DNA of 64,000 bases from Octopus vulgaris (lineage: Eukaryota): positions 21,142,001 through 21,206,000 of the forward strand of contig OX597829.1 of assembly GCA_951406725.2 (NCBI GenBank). Direction: 5' to 3'. This document shows, piece by piece, positions 39,911-53,050 of the stretch. The first letter of the stretch is position 1; each line of letters starts with the position of its first letter. The notes under the pieces are model-generated. The model saw only the letters and a program-made list of their open reading frames with translations. It had not been told where the DNA came from and did not search any database. Made by a program: the position numbers and the translations under genes.

Positions 39911-40230
39911 TTAGTTAGTGAGTCAGCTACAATTTTTAGGCATAGGAGAATATATTCACTATGTGCCTAGTCTAGAAGGCAACTCACATCAGGTCCTTTC
40001 TTGGAGTGACAGACATTGATGTTTCATCATGACCGAATGACAATGACAACGAAAAAACAATGACAAAACAACAAAAAGAATGATGACATATCAATGTCTG
40101 TTGCTCTGATAAAGGACCTTTGTGAGTTGTCTTGCTTGGCTGTGACTTATTTTCAGGTGTTTTTTAGACCAGATACATAGAGAATATATTCTCTTATGCC
40201 TATAAAAACCACAGCCAACCCATGAATTAA
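39911..40230. repeat. Imperfect long inverted repeat, probable MITE relic
   Basis: taggcataggagaatatattc...acagacattgatgtttcatcat pairs with atgatgacatatcaatgtctgt...gaatatattctcttatgccta. Confidence 0.65.
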
Positions 40231-41420
40231 CAACACGCATACACAAGGTATGAGTGTTCAATTTTATTAATATATCTCAAACTGCTTCTGATTCACATTT
40301 GAATTTCCATTATTGGTCTAGACAACGACTCTTTACTTGTTTCAGTCATTTGACTGTGGCCATGCTGGAGTACCACATTTAGTCGAGCAAATTGATCCCC
40401 CAGAACTTATTCTTTGTAAGCCTAGTACTTATTCTATCAGTCTCTTTTGCTGAACCGCTAAGTTACGGGGATGTAAACACACCAGCATCAGTTGTCAAAC
40501 GATGTTGGGGGGACAAACACACACACACACACGTACATATATCTATACATACATATATACGACGGGCTTCTTTCAGTTTCCGTCTACCAAATCCACTCAC
40601 AAGGCATGACTGACCATGGGATTGCACCTAGAAAGTTACCTTCCCAGGCACAAGTCCAGGCAAGGTTGTTTATGGAAGACCAGCAGTCGCCTATGCATAC
40701 CAGCCTCCCCTCTCCACACCACCAGTGTTATCCAAGGGAAAGGCAAAGGGGCCGATATAGCTTAGACCCTGTGATGTCGCAACTCATTTCTATAGCTGAG
40801 TGAAGTGGAGCAACGGGAAATAAAGTGTCTTGCTCAAGAACACAACATGCAGCCCGGTTCAGGATTCGAACTCACAACCTCACGATCTTAACTCAATGCT
40901 CTAACCACTGAACCATGCGCCTTCACTACAACTAAAGTACACATAACTATGTACTTATATATGTATCTCTCAGGATATCATTAAATTTTCTCACTGTAAT
41001 CTGTAATCTACACTTCAACAGTTTACATTTTAATATTACTATTGTCATTATCTTGTGTTCCTGAATAACGTATATATCTCAACTTGCTCCAGTTTGCTGA
41101 CTAGCTAAAAACATGCACTGTTCTTAATTCTAAGTGGTTAATATTTGGAAGGAAAATGTACTAAGTATCTATTTCCTATGGCTCCTCTTAAATAGTTTTT
41201 ACTGTTTATACTACTACTACTACTACTACTACTACTACAAACCACCACCACCATCACTAGTAATAATGGTTTCAAATTTCAGCACAGAGCCAGTAGTTTT
41301 TGAAGGGAGGGGAAGTCAATTACTCAAGTACTTTACTGGTACTTATTTTATTGACTCCAAAAAGGATGAAAGGCAAAGTTGACCTTGGCGACATTTGAAA
41401 TCAGAATGTAAAGATAAATC

Positions 41421-41469
<49 letters not shown>

Positions 41470-41473
<4 letters not shown>

Positions 41474-42023
41474 TGATGCAGTACCAGGCAATGGCTCTCA
41501 TGGCTTCTGATCTTAACTGATTGGAAGTGTTATCATGTACATTGTTTTGTCTTGGTATAAAAGATGGGCTACAGCAAATATTCTGCTCAATACCACGGAT
41601 TTGCTTGTAAGTTGTTTGACCTTAAACAGTTGAGCATGTCCCTTAGTGGCTGACGATATGTGCATCTCTGATCATGAGCAGAAGTAGTGGGGGAGCATCA
41701 TAGCCATGTGTTGAGAGGGATTCTTTGAGGTTTGAATAATTCACCTCTGGAAACATGGGTGGTTTTTTCAACATCCTTAAACAACCCTTATTCAGGGACC
41801 GTTTGAGCGGGATGGGCTACTCAACCTGAAGAAAATTCTAACTGGGCCCCACCTGCAAGGTCATGTGCTGTTTATCTTGATATGAGATCACCGTGTCGCA
41901 CACATGTGGTTGTGATGCATGTGCCTGGTGTACCCTTATCAGACGGGTAGTCATGATGGGTATATTGGGCTTTGTATATTTTACCCCGGTGTCACTTTGA
42001 TGGCATGAACTACTCTCTCACTC

Positions 42024-42025
<2 letters not shown>
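41470..42025. mobile_element. Interspersed repeat inserted in (AAT)n, class uncertain
   Basis: Higher-GC block bounded by (AAT)n on both sides, with no long ORF. Confidence 0.45.
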
Positions 42026-42055
<30 letters not shown>

Positions 42056-43277
42056 AAGAGCACTCAGAGAACACAAACCTCCACCAAAGCAACACCAATG
42101 TCCTCTCAAGCGGTTCTTGAGATATCTTGTCCACAAACAAACAAGCCAACAAACAAACACGACTGAAACAATACCTTCGTCTTCGCTAAGGCAGAGGTAA
42201 TAATAGTAATGATGTTCACATGCCACTGGTACAAGTGCCAGTAAGACGACGTTGGTAACAATCACGCTCAAATGGTGCTTTTTACATGTCCACCAGCATG
42301 GCAGCTGCCTGGCTTCTGTGCTGGTTGGCACGTAAAAAGCACCATTTGAGCATGATCGTTACCAGCGTCGCCTTACTGGCACTTGTGCCAGTGGCATGTG
42401 AACAAAACATTCAAGTGAGGTCGTTGCCAGTGCCGCTGGACTGACTCCTGTGCAGGTGGCACGTAAAAAACACCATTTCGAGTGTGGCCGTTGCCAGTAC
42501 CGCCAGACTGGCCCTTGTGCAGGTGGCACATAAAAGCACCCACTGCACACTCAGAGTGGTTGGCATTAGGAAGGGCATCCAGCTGTAGAAACTCTGCCAG
42601 ATAAGACTGGAGCCTGGTGCAGCCATCTGGTTTGCCAGTCCTCAGTCAAATCGTCCAACCCATGCTAGCATAGAAAGCAGACGTTAAAGGATGATGATGA
42701 TGATATAATAATAATAATATTAATGATAATAATAATAAAAATCCAAACCACTCCATTACTCTTCAATTGCAATCATGAGACCATTTCTTCAAATCTGTTG
42801 GGCAGTATTCATTATACAACTGGTGCTGATTTGTCTTTATTTCACATTTATTCTCACTAGCTCTAAGGGATTCTTATTCCATGTTAACACCACATTCTTT
42901 CCAAATTGTTATTAGTTGACATTTTGTCACCTTTTCTAAGTCCCGAATAAGTATTTATGAAAGGATCGTAGCTTGTATTTAGAGCCCTTTATTTGATGCA
43001 CAATTTACAGGGAGGTTTTTCAACCAAAGCTAAAGAGACTTCTCTGTTCTTTGCATGTGTCACATTTATCTCTTTATATACTACTAAAACTAAGACTAGA
43101 GGACTGTGCCTGTTTAGAATAAAGGGCAAGAGTGATTTGACGGTGCATGGTTAGGTATGGTCATAAATATTGTCATACATATCGCTTTTCCTCAGGGAGG
43201 AAAGAAGACATTAGACTAGTCAATTGGATATAGAGTAACTGTCTATAAAAGGAGGTTGGATAGGGGAAGACTCTAAA

Positions 43278-43322
<45 letters not shown>

Positions 43323-43416
43323 GTAGTAGTAGTAGTAGTAGTAGTATTATCATCATCATAATGATGTGGATAGAATTAATACAAATAACATATAAAGTAA
43401 TATTCTGGGACATTAC

Positions 43417-43539
43417 CTTCTCAGCTTCATGTGACAGCTTTTGAAAGCAGTTCGTCTCAATGGCACTAACTTCAGCACTTGTGCTAGTGTGGATAGTGAA
43501 ATAATCTTGAATTCTTTCATACACTTCACCATCCAAGGC
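43417..43539 (-). CDS. FCHSD2: FCHSD2-like exon (ALDGEVYERIQDYFTIHTSTSAEVSAIETNCFQKLSHEAEK)
   Basis: ttgtag acceptor, AAG|gtaatg donor; 123 nt; resembles ALDGNVYDHLKDY. Confidence 0.93.
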
Positions 43540-43589
43540 CTACAAGGAAAGAACAAAATATAAATACAAATGAAATAGTCAAGATTCTA

Positions 43590-43730
43590 TTAGGTTGTCC
43601 CAAAAGTTCGTAAATACTTGCGAAAATTGAATTTTTACTCGCCAAGTACTAACAAAAACAACAAAAGTTATTCCTCAAAATAAAGACCATTATTTTCCAA
43701 GACTTTCTACGAACTTTTGGGACAACCTTA
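43590..43730. mobile_element. Mariner-derived MITE
   Basis: TIRs ttaggttgtcccaaaagttcgta / tacgaacttttgggacaacctta with TA target-site duplication. Confidence 0.85.
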
Positions 43731-44179
43731 TATTAATGAATAAAGATAGTAACTCTCATCTTTGTAATGGATTCATATATTTTTCTGTCATTTTTGTCAT
43801 GCGACTTATATCACAGAGAATGAGATTTTTACACAGAAACTGAAAGAAATTCTAAAACTACCACATGTTTGCAACACTTACAATATGGACATAAAAATGA
43901 ACAAATACCTATTTATATTCCTTCTAACTGCACACAAACATATTCATATACCTATAGCCAGAGACTATAGGTATATGGAGATCATTAGTTGTCTGATGGT
44001 AGTAGAATTTATCACTAATTGAAGGAGTATTGATTTATTTGCTAATTTAATCAATTTAATTATCTGTGTGAAGCAGGAATGAGAAAAGTTATTTGTTTTC
44101 CTTTATATATGTGAAGAAAAAGAACAGAAAAAGAAAAATGCTGAGGAAAAGAGAGGAAAATGGCAGAGAACGTTTACTC

Positions 44180-44570
44180 TCTTTACTCTTTTACTTGTTT
44201 CAGTCATTTGACTGTGGCCATGCTGGAGCATCGCCTTTAGTCAAGCATATCGATCCCAGGACTTATTCTTTGTAAGCCTAGTACTTATTCTATTGGTCCC
44301 TTTTGCTGAACTGCTAAGTTACAGCAACGTAAACACACCAGCATCGGTTGTCAAGCGATGTTGGGGGGACAAACACAGACACACAAACATATACACACAT
44401 ACATATATACGACGGGCTTCTTTCAGTTTCCATCTACCAAATCCACTCACAAGGCTTTGGTTGACCCAAGGCTATAGTAGAAGACACTTGCCCAAGGTGC
44501 CATGCAGTGGGACTGAACTCAGAACCATGTGGTTGGTAAGCAAGCTACTTATCACACAGCCACTCCTACA
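44180..44570 (-). mobile_element. Octopus OR2-like CORE-SINE
   Basis: ggcaccttgggcaagtgtcttctactatagcc...gagtggatttggtag with internal (CA)n; copies at about 19070-19340, 34365-35050, 35955-36310, 38090-38290, 40330-40603, 48485-48875, 49290-49650 and 63185-63530. Confidence 0.8.
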
Positions 44571-46983
44571 CCTATGTTTCAATGTTTCTGTGGTTAGACA
44601 TTTTTTTGTAGCCTCCATCAGCTGGAAGATCTTGTTTATGCTTGGCAGATCCTTGAGAATGAATAGTAACTTCAATTTTGGTAACATTTTGGTGACAAAT
44701 TCCAAAATGTCGTTTCTTTCAGATTGATAGATTTCGCATTAGAAGAAATAGTGCCATTAAACTTGTGGACTGTCTCCACTAGAACATCAACAGTGATTCC
44801 ATACAACTTATTTGTAAGGATGAAGTTATGAGTTAGGATGAAATTCCAACAGGGGTTGATATGGGAATAAGATGAAAGAAAACATAGACCAGCAGTAATC
44901 AGAATTATGATTACAGTACATGCCAAAATTTTTTTGAGAAAGTAGAGGAAAATAAACGAACCCTATTACATGACTGGTACTTTTTTTCACTAGTCCACAG
45001 AAGGATGAAAGGTAAAGTCGACTTCAGTATGATTTGAACTCAGAACACAAAAGGGTCATAACATTTTGCTCTACATCAGCAATTCTGCTAATCTAATATT
45101 AATAAGAATAAATATGACTAAAAGGATAATATGGTCATGACTTTTTGGTCAAAGGTGTACTTGAGGAGGACTGACCCAAAGCAAGACAGCAACAACATAA
45201 TAAGGATAAGGATAATGATATCATCATCGACATCGTCGTCGCCGCCGCTGCCACCACCACCATCATTTAGTGTCCATTTTCCATGCTGGCATGAGTTAGA
45301 TGGTTTGATAGGAACTGGCAAGCCCAGGGCCTGCACCAGGGTCCATAATCTTTTTGGCTTGGTTTTTACAGATGGATGCCCTTCCTAACACTACTGCCAG
45401 TGTTTTTTTTTTCACACAGCACCAGCAGCAGTACTTTTTATGTAGCACCATCACCAATGCTTTTCACATGGCACCAGCACTCATAACAATGCTTTTTATG
45501 TAGCACCTTTAGGATCACATTTCTGTTGTGTTGGGTGGGACTTCTTGAGTACAGCAATGCATCACATATCTTGGTTCATTGCTGTACTCATTAAAATAAA
45601 AATGTAATTTCACTAATTAGCTTTATCAATGACTTCAATCTCCCCAGGGGTGCAATTAAATAACTGAACAGTATTCTCATAGATGCAAAACAAAAGGATT
45701 AAGTTACCAGAAAATAAATTTTCTTTATCAGAGTTTTGTCTCAGACAGACTGTTTTAGAATGAAGTTGTATCCTCAAAATAATATAAGATTAGATATTAA
45801 TCAATTTAATAGCAAACTACTAAGCATGACTTTTTCTTTCTTTGAAATGTAAAGTATACTTTCTTTTTAATAAGCTTGCAATTTAGCCTTGCTTTGAAAA
45901 GTAAAAAAATTGATTACATCACAGGCTTATCTCTTTGTGCTCAGAAAGATAAAGAAACCAATCTGCTTTTGTTTACTTCTTACAGGTCTTGTAAACATAT
46001 TTTATAAAGATGTGACCATCTCATATTTTATGCAGATAGTATATTTAGGACATTTTTCAATGTGCCCTTCTTTTAAGATGGTAAGGTATTATTTGTGGGA
46101 GACTTGGCTGCTATTTCTAGTAGGTCAACAAGTTATTGTATAGACATTTCTTTGTGTAGGTTGCTAGGTTTTTGAATTTAAATATGTTTAAAAAGATCTC
46201 TAATATGGAATTAAATAATCATACATTTTGTAAAGGAATGAGATCAGCTCACTTGTAAGGCCTCCTTTCTCAAAGTCCAACCCTTTACCTCATCATGGTG
46301 GGAAGGTTAAATGAGTGGCAGAGCAATGCCACCAGGGACTTCATGTCCCTAGTAGGGTCACCCAAGGCAGACAGGTGTGAGACTAGTGGTGCTAGGACCA
46401 CAATCCAGCTAACTGGAGGGCAATGGTGAATTCCAGGTGGCATCTGATCCGGAATCCAGCGGCTTCCTGGTGCCATTGGATCGTGTCTGTGGGAATCCTG
46501 CAGCAAGAAGGTGTAATACGAGGATGACCTGCCACTGGTCATGTATGGTGGCTTACAAATACAGATGGGAACTGTTTTTGGAGACTCTGATCATTCCTTG
46601 AAATTCCTATGAACTCAATGGGAGCCAGCTTAACCCTTCCAGGGTGAATATCATTACAATTCAAGACAAAAAGACTTGCAAGGGCTACTGGAAGCATGTA
46701 GCTCAGTACAACCTGTTGTATAGTTAGTTTGTCAGTGACTAAACCAGCAAATTCACCAAACCTACCTGGCAAGAAGAGCAATTTTGGACAGTCTATGGCA
46801 CGAAAAAAACCCAAATCTGTCAAAGGCCAGATAAACTGAGATGCTTAAGATACATGTGAAGACTGGGTCTTTGACAGGTTGTAAAGGAAATCTAACCATC
46901 AATGATAAACTTAAGAGACAGAAAGGAGATTATTTACATTATTTGCATTCGAAGGATATTTGTCCTCATCTTGTTTGTTGTTA

Positions 46984-47027
46984 ACACAACGTTTCAGCTG
47001 ATATACTCTCCAGCCTACATCAGGTGT
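46984..47027 (-). ncRNA. Hammerhead ribozyme motif with a core A9>T change
   Basis: Minus strand acac ctgatgt a ggctg(gagagtatat)cagct gaaac gtt gtgt. Confidence 0.55.
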
Positions 47028-47073
47028 CTTGGGGAAATTTCGAACCTGGGTTCTCATTCGAAATTTCCCCAAG

Positions 47074-47117
47074 ACACCTGATGAAGGCTGGAGGGTATAT
47101 CAGCCGAAACATTGTGT
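47074..47117 (+). ncRNA. Hammerhead ribozyme motif with a stem III G>A change
   Basis: acac ctgatga a ggctg(gagggtatat)cagcc gaaac att gtgt. Confidence 0.65.
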
Positions 47118-48666
47118 TAACAACAAACAAGATGAGGACAAATATCAGTCAAATATAAATAATGTAAATAATGTACATAATTCCTCATCTCTTAAATATT
47201 GAACTGCAGAAAGGTAACATTAAGCAATGCTGTTGTGGAGAATGTGAATGCATACCACAAATCACAGTGAGACTCAGCGATCACCTTGGTTGTCTTGCTG
47301 CATTTCTGATATATCCCCAACTCAGTTTTAGGCTGTCTTGCCACTGATCCAGGAAGGCAGGAATAACAGAATGAGTTTGATTATCCGGTGTAGCCCTCCC
47401 TCTCTATTACCCAAGTTCAATATAAATCAGATCTCTTAATTTGTTTGAAACTACAAACAGAATGGTGGAACTTGCATTGTGGTGTCTGCGATAATGAAAT
47501 AATGTTGCTGCTATAGTTTCATCACAAAGGAATGGTTTAGGCATGAATAGTTATGGATCTCCTGTTATGGTACATAAGAAATAGATCCTTCGTCATCTTC
47601 AAAAACAAAGGATGAACAAGTAAGGATATTATTTTACCCTTATTCTCTTATTGTTACATTTATTTAGCATGACACATAGAACCAAATTTGTCCTTATTTC
47701 AAGAAATTCTGTTTATCAAGGAATTCTTTATGATATACAGTAGAGTGTATATTATATCATATTATATATTAGTGCAAAAACATCCATTAATTACCACTCA
47801 GCAGTGATATCTAATTTATCTTCTGTATGATCATGGAAAGATACTATTAATTAATTAACAAAACATTCATCATTATTCAGCGCCTCTAAGGCAGTGAGCT
47901 AGCAGAAGCGTTAGCATACTGGGCAAAATGCTTAGCAGTATTTTGTCTGTCTCTACATTCTGAGTTCAAATTTTGCTGAGGTCAACTTTGCCTTTCATTC
48001 TTCTGGGGTTGATAAAACAAGTACCAGTTGAGCAATAGGGTTGATCTAATCAATCTACCCACTCCCCTGAAATTGTTGGCTTTATTCCAGAATTTGAAAG
48101 CATTATTCAGTGCCTCTACTACATACACCAATCAATTGTTCCTTCCGGTGGGAATAGTATACAACAAAGTGTAAACTAAGATTTAAGTGGATTTGTAACA
48201 AAGGAAATAGTAAAGTGCTAGGAAATAACTGGCTCATGTTCAGTTAGACCAGCATTCATCTGACATGGGCAGTGAATCAGCAGAATCATGACAGCACCAG
48301 ATGAAATGACTGAGATCAGCTTTTAGGTTCTGCCAAGTTTGACTTTAATTTTCACTGAATGAAAGTTGAAAAAATAAAATATCAGTTGGAGTCAAAAATA
48401 TGCCAATTTAAGTACTGAAAGTTGATTTAAGAGATGTAAATATAAAAACAAAAACAACTAAAATCATTACAGCAAGCTGTATTCTTTTACTTGTTTCAGT
48501 TATTTTGACTGTGGTCATGCTGTAGCACCGCCTTTAGTCTAGCAAATTGACCCCAGAGCTTATTCTTTGTAAGCCTAGTTCTTATTTTATCGGTCACTTT
48601 TGCAGAACTGCTAAGTAATGGGGACGTAAACACACCAACAGTGGTTGTCAAGTGATGTTGGGGGAC

Positions 48667-48708
<42 letters not shown>

Positions 48709-48941
48709 TATATGACAGGTTGCTTTCAGTTTCCATCTACCAAATCCACTCACAAGGTTTTGGTTGGCCCGAGGCTATAGTAGAAGACACTTGTCCAAGA
48801 TGCCACACAGTGGGACTGAACCCAGGATCATGTGGTTGGTAAGCAAGCTACTTACCACACAGCCACTCCCGCACCTATATATATTAAATTACTGCAATGC
48901 AAATACATCAATAAAAAAAAATGACTAGTAGGATGTTTTAC

Positions 48942-49070
48942 CTTCATAAGTTCAGGTAAATCCACACTGTAATATCGTATTTGGTGAGCATTGGCAGCTG
49001 ATTGGCAAAGTAAGTATTCATTCCTTGATGCAGTAGATTTTGTAGCACATTGTTCATATCGAGTTGTTAG
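48942..49070 (-). CDS. FCHSD2: FCHSD2-like exon (LTTRYEQCATKSTASRNEYLLCQSAANAHQIRYYSVDLPELMK)
   Basis: cctcag acceptor, AAG|gtaaaa donor; 129 nt; RNEYLL..AANAHQ.RYY..DL F-BAR motif typical of FCHSD proteins. Confidence 0.95.
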
Positions 49071-49713
49071 CTGAGGATACAGAGAGCAAAACACAAAGGT
49101 TGTTGAAGAGTAAGTAAATGAAAAATATATTTATGAGCTGAAAAATGTGAAGTGATAAATTACATGGCAAACATGTCAAAAGATGTCTTCCGCAATAAAA
49201 TGGAGCAAATTACAGGTTTGTGATGCATCTTGAGGAACTAAAGCATATTAATGATTCTTTGTGAACAAGGGAAGTTTTATTTTTATCTTTTATCTTTTAC
49301 TTGGTTCAGTCTTTAGATTGTGGCCATGCAGGGGCATCACTCTGAAACATTTAGTCAAACAAGCTGACCCCACTATTTATTTTTTAAGCCTGATACCTAT
49401 TATCAGTCTCTTTTGCTAAACTGCAAAGTTACAGGGATATAAATAAATCAACACTGGTTACCAAGCAGTGGTGGAACACACACACACACACACACACAGA
49501 CATACACACACACAATAGGCATCTTTCAGTTTCTATATACCAAATATACTCTCATGGTTTTGGTTGGCTGGGGGTGCTGTTGTAGGAGACATTTACTCAA
49601 GGTGCCATGCAGTGGGACTGAACTCAAGACCACATGGTTGCCACACAACTGCATATAGAAAATATTTAAAACTTTCAGAAAATCAGGCAACAAATGTAAC
49701 CCAACAAACTCAC

Positions 49714-49777
49714 CTTTGAACAGTTACGTTGTAAACTAGTCATACTTTTGAAAAATCCAACGGATTTTCTTTTCAGC
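49714..49777 (-). CDS. FCHSD2: FCHSD2-like exon (LKRKSVGFFKSMTSLQRNCSK)
   Basis: gcacag acceptor, AAG|gtgagt donor; 64 nt, phase 2 to 0; resembles KSKLSLFQSRISLQKASVK. Confidence 0.9.
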
Positions 49778-50114
49778 CTGTGCAATAAAAAAGACAATAA
49801 AATAAAAAGATAAGAATTATAAAAAATTCATAAAAAGGAAAAAAACAACAAAACATTTATATATTTCATGACAAAGGTATTGTAGAGACATCAGTAGTTA
49901 TCAATCTTCAGCTGTGGTACATAAGAGGTGGAGTCTCGGTCATCTTTGAAAACAAAGGATGACTAAAAAAGAAATGAATTCTGAGTAATATTTTACCTTA
50001 TTTTCTTATTGTTACATTAATTTAGCATGGCACATAAAACCAAATTTGTCTCAACTTCAAGGAATTCAACAGAAAAAAGAAGGCTCTTTAAACCACACAT
50101 TTACTTCTATGATA

Positions 50115-50655
50115 TGCATCAACCTCAACATCCATTCAAGTGACTTTGCCACTAACATTAAGGTCCTAGAGCAGGTAAAGGTCACCAGCATTGAAGTAAC
50201 TTTGCTGAAAACCCAGCTACACTGGGCAGGACACGTTGCCAGGATGGACGATCATCAACTTCCTATGATTACACTATATGGTTAACTTTTCTCTGGTCAC
50301 CATGACAGAGGAGCATCAAAGAAAACATACAAAGATTCTCTAAGGAAATCCCCTGGTGACTGCCACATTGATCACCACCAGTGGTCTGTTCTGGTCACTG
50401 ACCACGATGCCTGGCATCTCTCTACCCTCTGGGTAACAGTCTCCTTTGAAGACACCACAGAACTATCGTTGCAGGCAAGAGAAAAATTAGGAAAAACAAG
50501 GGTATTAAAACCAACCTTGACCAGCCCACCTTACCATGCAGCTTCTGCGGTCAGGCCTGTTTGTCCTGAATTGGACCTGTCAGGCATCAGCAAGCTTGCA
50601 ACAGATGTGGACATTCTCTTCTGGAAATCTTTGCTTACAAAGCCAAACCAAGAAG
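50115..50655 (+). mobile_element. RTE-clade LINE 3' fragment
   Basis: LNIHSSDFATNIKVLEQVKVTSIEVTLLKTQLHWAGHVARMDDHQLPMITLYG, typical of the post-RT region of RTE elements; stops and frameshifts present. Confidence 0.85.
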
Positions 50656-51179
50656 AATACAGTATAGCATAAACTATGTTACATTAGTGCAAATAGATCG
50701 ATTTGTTTTCTGTATGCACATGGGAAAAACCCATCACAGGCATCTTACAGTGAGTCTTGAGAAGAGTGCACTCATGGCTGCTGTGGTTAAGAAGTTTATT
50801 TAGCCATGATATGGTTCCTCACTGATTCTGAAGCATGACAACTCAAGCAACATTAATTATTATTAAGCAACATTAATTCCAGCAAGATTAGTCATTAATT
50901 ATTAATTATTATTAAGGCAATGAGCTGGCAGAATTGTTTGCATACTAGGCAAAAATGCTTAGTTGTATTTCATTTATCTTTACATTTTGAATTCAAAGGC
51001 TATAAAATTTGACTTTGCCTTTCATACTTTCAGGGTGTCGATAAAATAAGTACCAGTGAAATACTGGGATTGACACATCCCCATCCCCACAAAATTTCAG
51101 GCTGTGTGCCTTTAGAAGAAAGGATTATTATTGCTATTGTTATTATTATTTTTTTTCCATCTTTCTTCAAATTTTCTTC

Positions 51180-51498
51180 TGTTTCTCACTGAGTGTTTTC
51201 CGTACACTTAGGGCAGAGAAGCTCATCATATGCATTCCCAGATTACACACGCAAATTCACAGGAAAATTTTGTATTTAAAAAATTGATAAATAAATAAAT
51301 TCATGAATGGATGTTGTTTTCACAGCGATAATGCTCTTCTCAGTACATGAGCCATTCCAGTTAACATGATTTTTTGCACTTCCTGTAGGGATGGTAAGCT
51401 TGGTATCATTTTCAAATAGGTTTTAGTACCTTTTTTTAATCATTCCTAGAGATCCTACAATCACTGGTACTGTAGTCACCTTGAGATGCCACATTTTT

Positions 51499-51500
<2 letters not shown>
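51180..51500 (-). mobile_element. R4/Dong-like non-LTR 3' fragment in an (AAT)n tract
   Basis: EKMWHLKVTTVPVIVGSLGMIKK...PSLQEVQKIMLTGMAHVLRRALS resembles the C-terminus of restriction-like endonuclease elements. Confidence 0.7.
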
Positions 51501-51539
<39 letters not shown>

Positions 51540-52739
51540 TACTTTTACATTGCAATTTGTGAATAATACTGTCATTGGATACATGTTTTGAAATGGGTCA
51601 ATCATTGGTTCACTGCATTTCTGTCGGTGTCAGTGACTAAGGGGTGTTTGTAACTTCATTTGAGGAGTGGCAGTTTTACCAATGTTTAGATGTTTTAATA
51701 ATAATAAATATCAGAGTAAGATATGAACATGAATACACACACACACACACACACGCACATACAATGACGAGCTTCCACATATTTTCCATTATCCAACTTC
51801 CACTCAGAAAGTATTGGTCAACTTGAAGTTATGGTAGAAGAGATTTACCAATTTGCTATATGGTAGGATTGAACTTGGGTCCAAGTGGTTGTGAAGAGAA
51901 CTCCTTAGGTACACAACCAAGCAAACAGTTTATAAAAGGATTTTGTTAGAAGATGACTGGCCTCGTGCCGGTGGCACGTAAAAAGCACCATCCGTTTGTG
52001 TCCGTTGCCAGCCTCGCCTGGCCCCCGTGCCGGTGGCACATAAAAGCACCATCCGTTCGTGGCCGTTTGCCAGCCTCGCCTGGCACCTGTGTGGGTGGCA
52101 CGTAAAAAGCACCCACTACACTCACGGAGTGGTTGGCGTTAGGAAGGGCATCCAGCCGTAGAAACACTGCCAGATCTGACTGGGCCTGATGAAGCCTTCC
52201 GGCTTCACAGACCCCAGTTGAACCGTCCAACCCATGCTAGCATGGAAAACAGACGCTAAACGATGATGATGATGATGATGATGATGATGACATTATTTTT
52301 TAGTTAATATGTTGTTAACTTGTAATGCTTACTCTAGATTATCCCATGGTAAAGCAGAAAAAACATCAACAAATGCTACTTCATTGACTGTTTCCCTAAA
52401 CATGTGGGGAAAATAAGCACCTTGGCAAATTAAATCACATTGGGAAGCTCAAAGAGTAGAAACCAGGGAAAAGAGTAGTCTATGATCTTCCTGGTTTGCA
52501 GTTTGGTGTGGTTTTAGCAGCCACATTTTATAGAAAGAAAAAAAAAACTATACTGGCTCCAAAAACATCAACAAATAAACCAAAGCAAATGTCACAGTTC
52601 TGTGGGTCAGAAGAATGGTGCAAAGTAAGAATGTATCATGGCAGTTCAAAGATGGAAAAAAAGGATAAAAAAAAACAAAAACAAAAAAACAAAAAACAAA
52701 ATCTGCACAAACTCCTTCCTGACAGTAAAAGCACATTAA

Positions 52740-53050
52740 AATCAATATTCCACATTGGAATGTGGAACATCAGAATCATATGTGAAAGTGGCTAAATAGT
52801 GCTAAGTGAAAGAGATACATGGCCATTCTGGAACCGAGTGAAATACAATGGCTCCAAGCAGGACATTAGAGGCTTTTGACAACTGAATTAGCGCCCTAGA
52901 GTAGTCATGAAGATTACATGGAGATTGAACGAAGAAAGTGGCACTGGATTGGACACACTCTCAGAAGGTCCCATCACATCATCATGAAGCAGTTCCATAG
53001 ATGGAAATCCCCAGGTGAAAGAAAGAGAGGAAGGTCAAGGAACTCCTGAA
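52740..53050 (+). mobile_element. Internally deleted RTE LINE relic
   Basis: IGMWNIR endonuclease start joined to RRKWHWIGHTLRR and PGERKRGRSRN C-terminal motifs. Confidence 0.65.

Larger units (their letters stand above)
46931..47170. mobile_element. Palindromic Penelope-like element with two hammerhead motifs
   Basis: About 114-bp imperfect arms around a 12-nt loop (47045-47056). Confidence 0.7.

Noticed and set aside
42215-42545. Repeat-spacer-like array resembling CRISPR
   Set aside because: Eukaryotic context, the spacers resemble one another, no cas genes, and it is part of a dispersed SINE-like family
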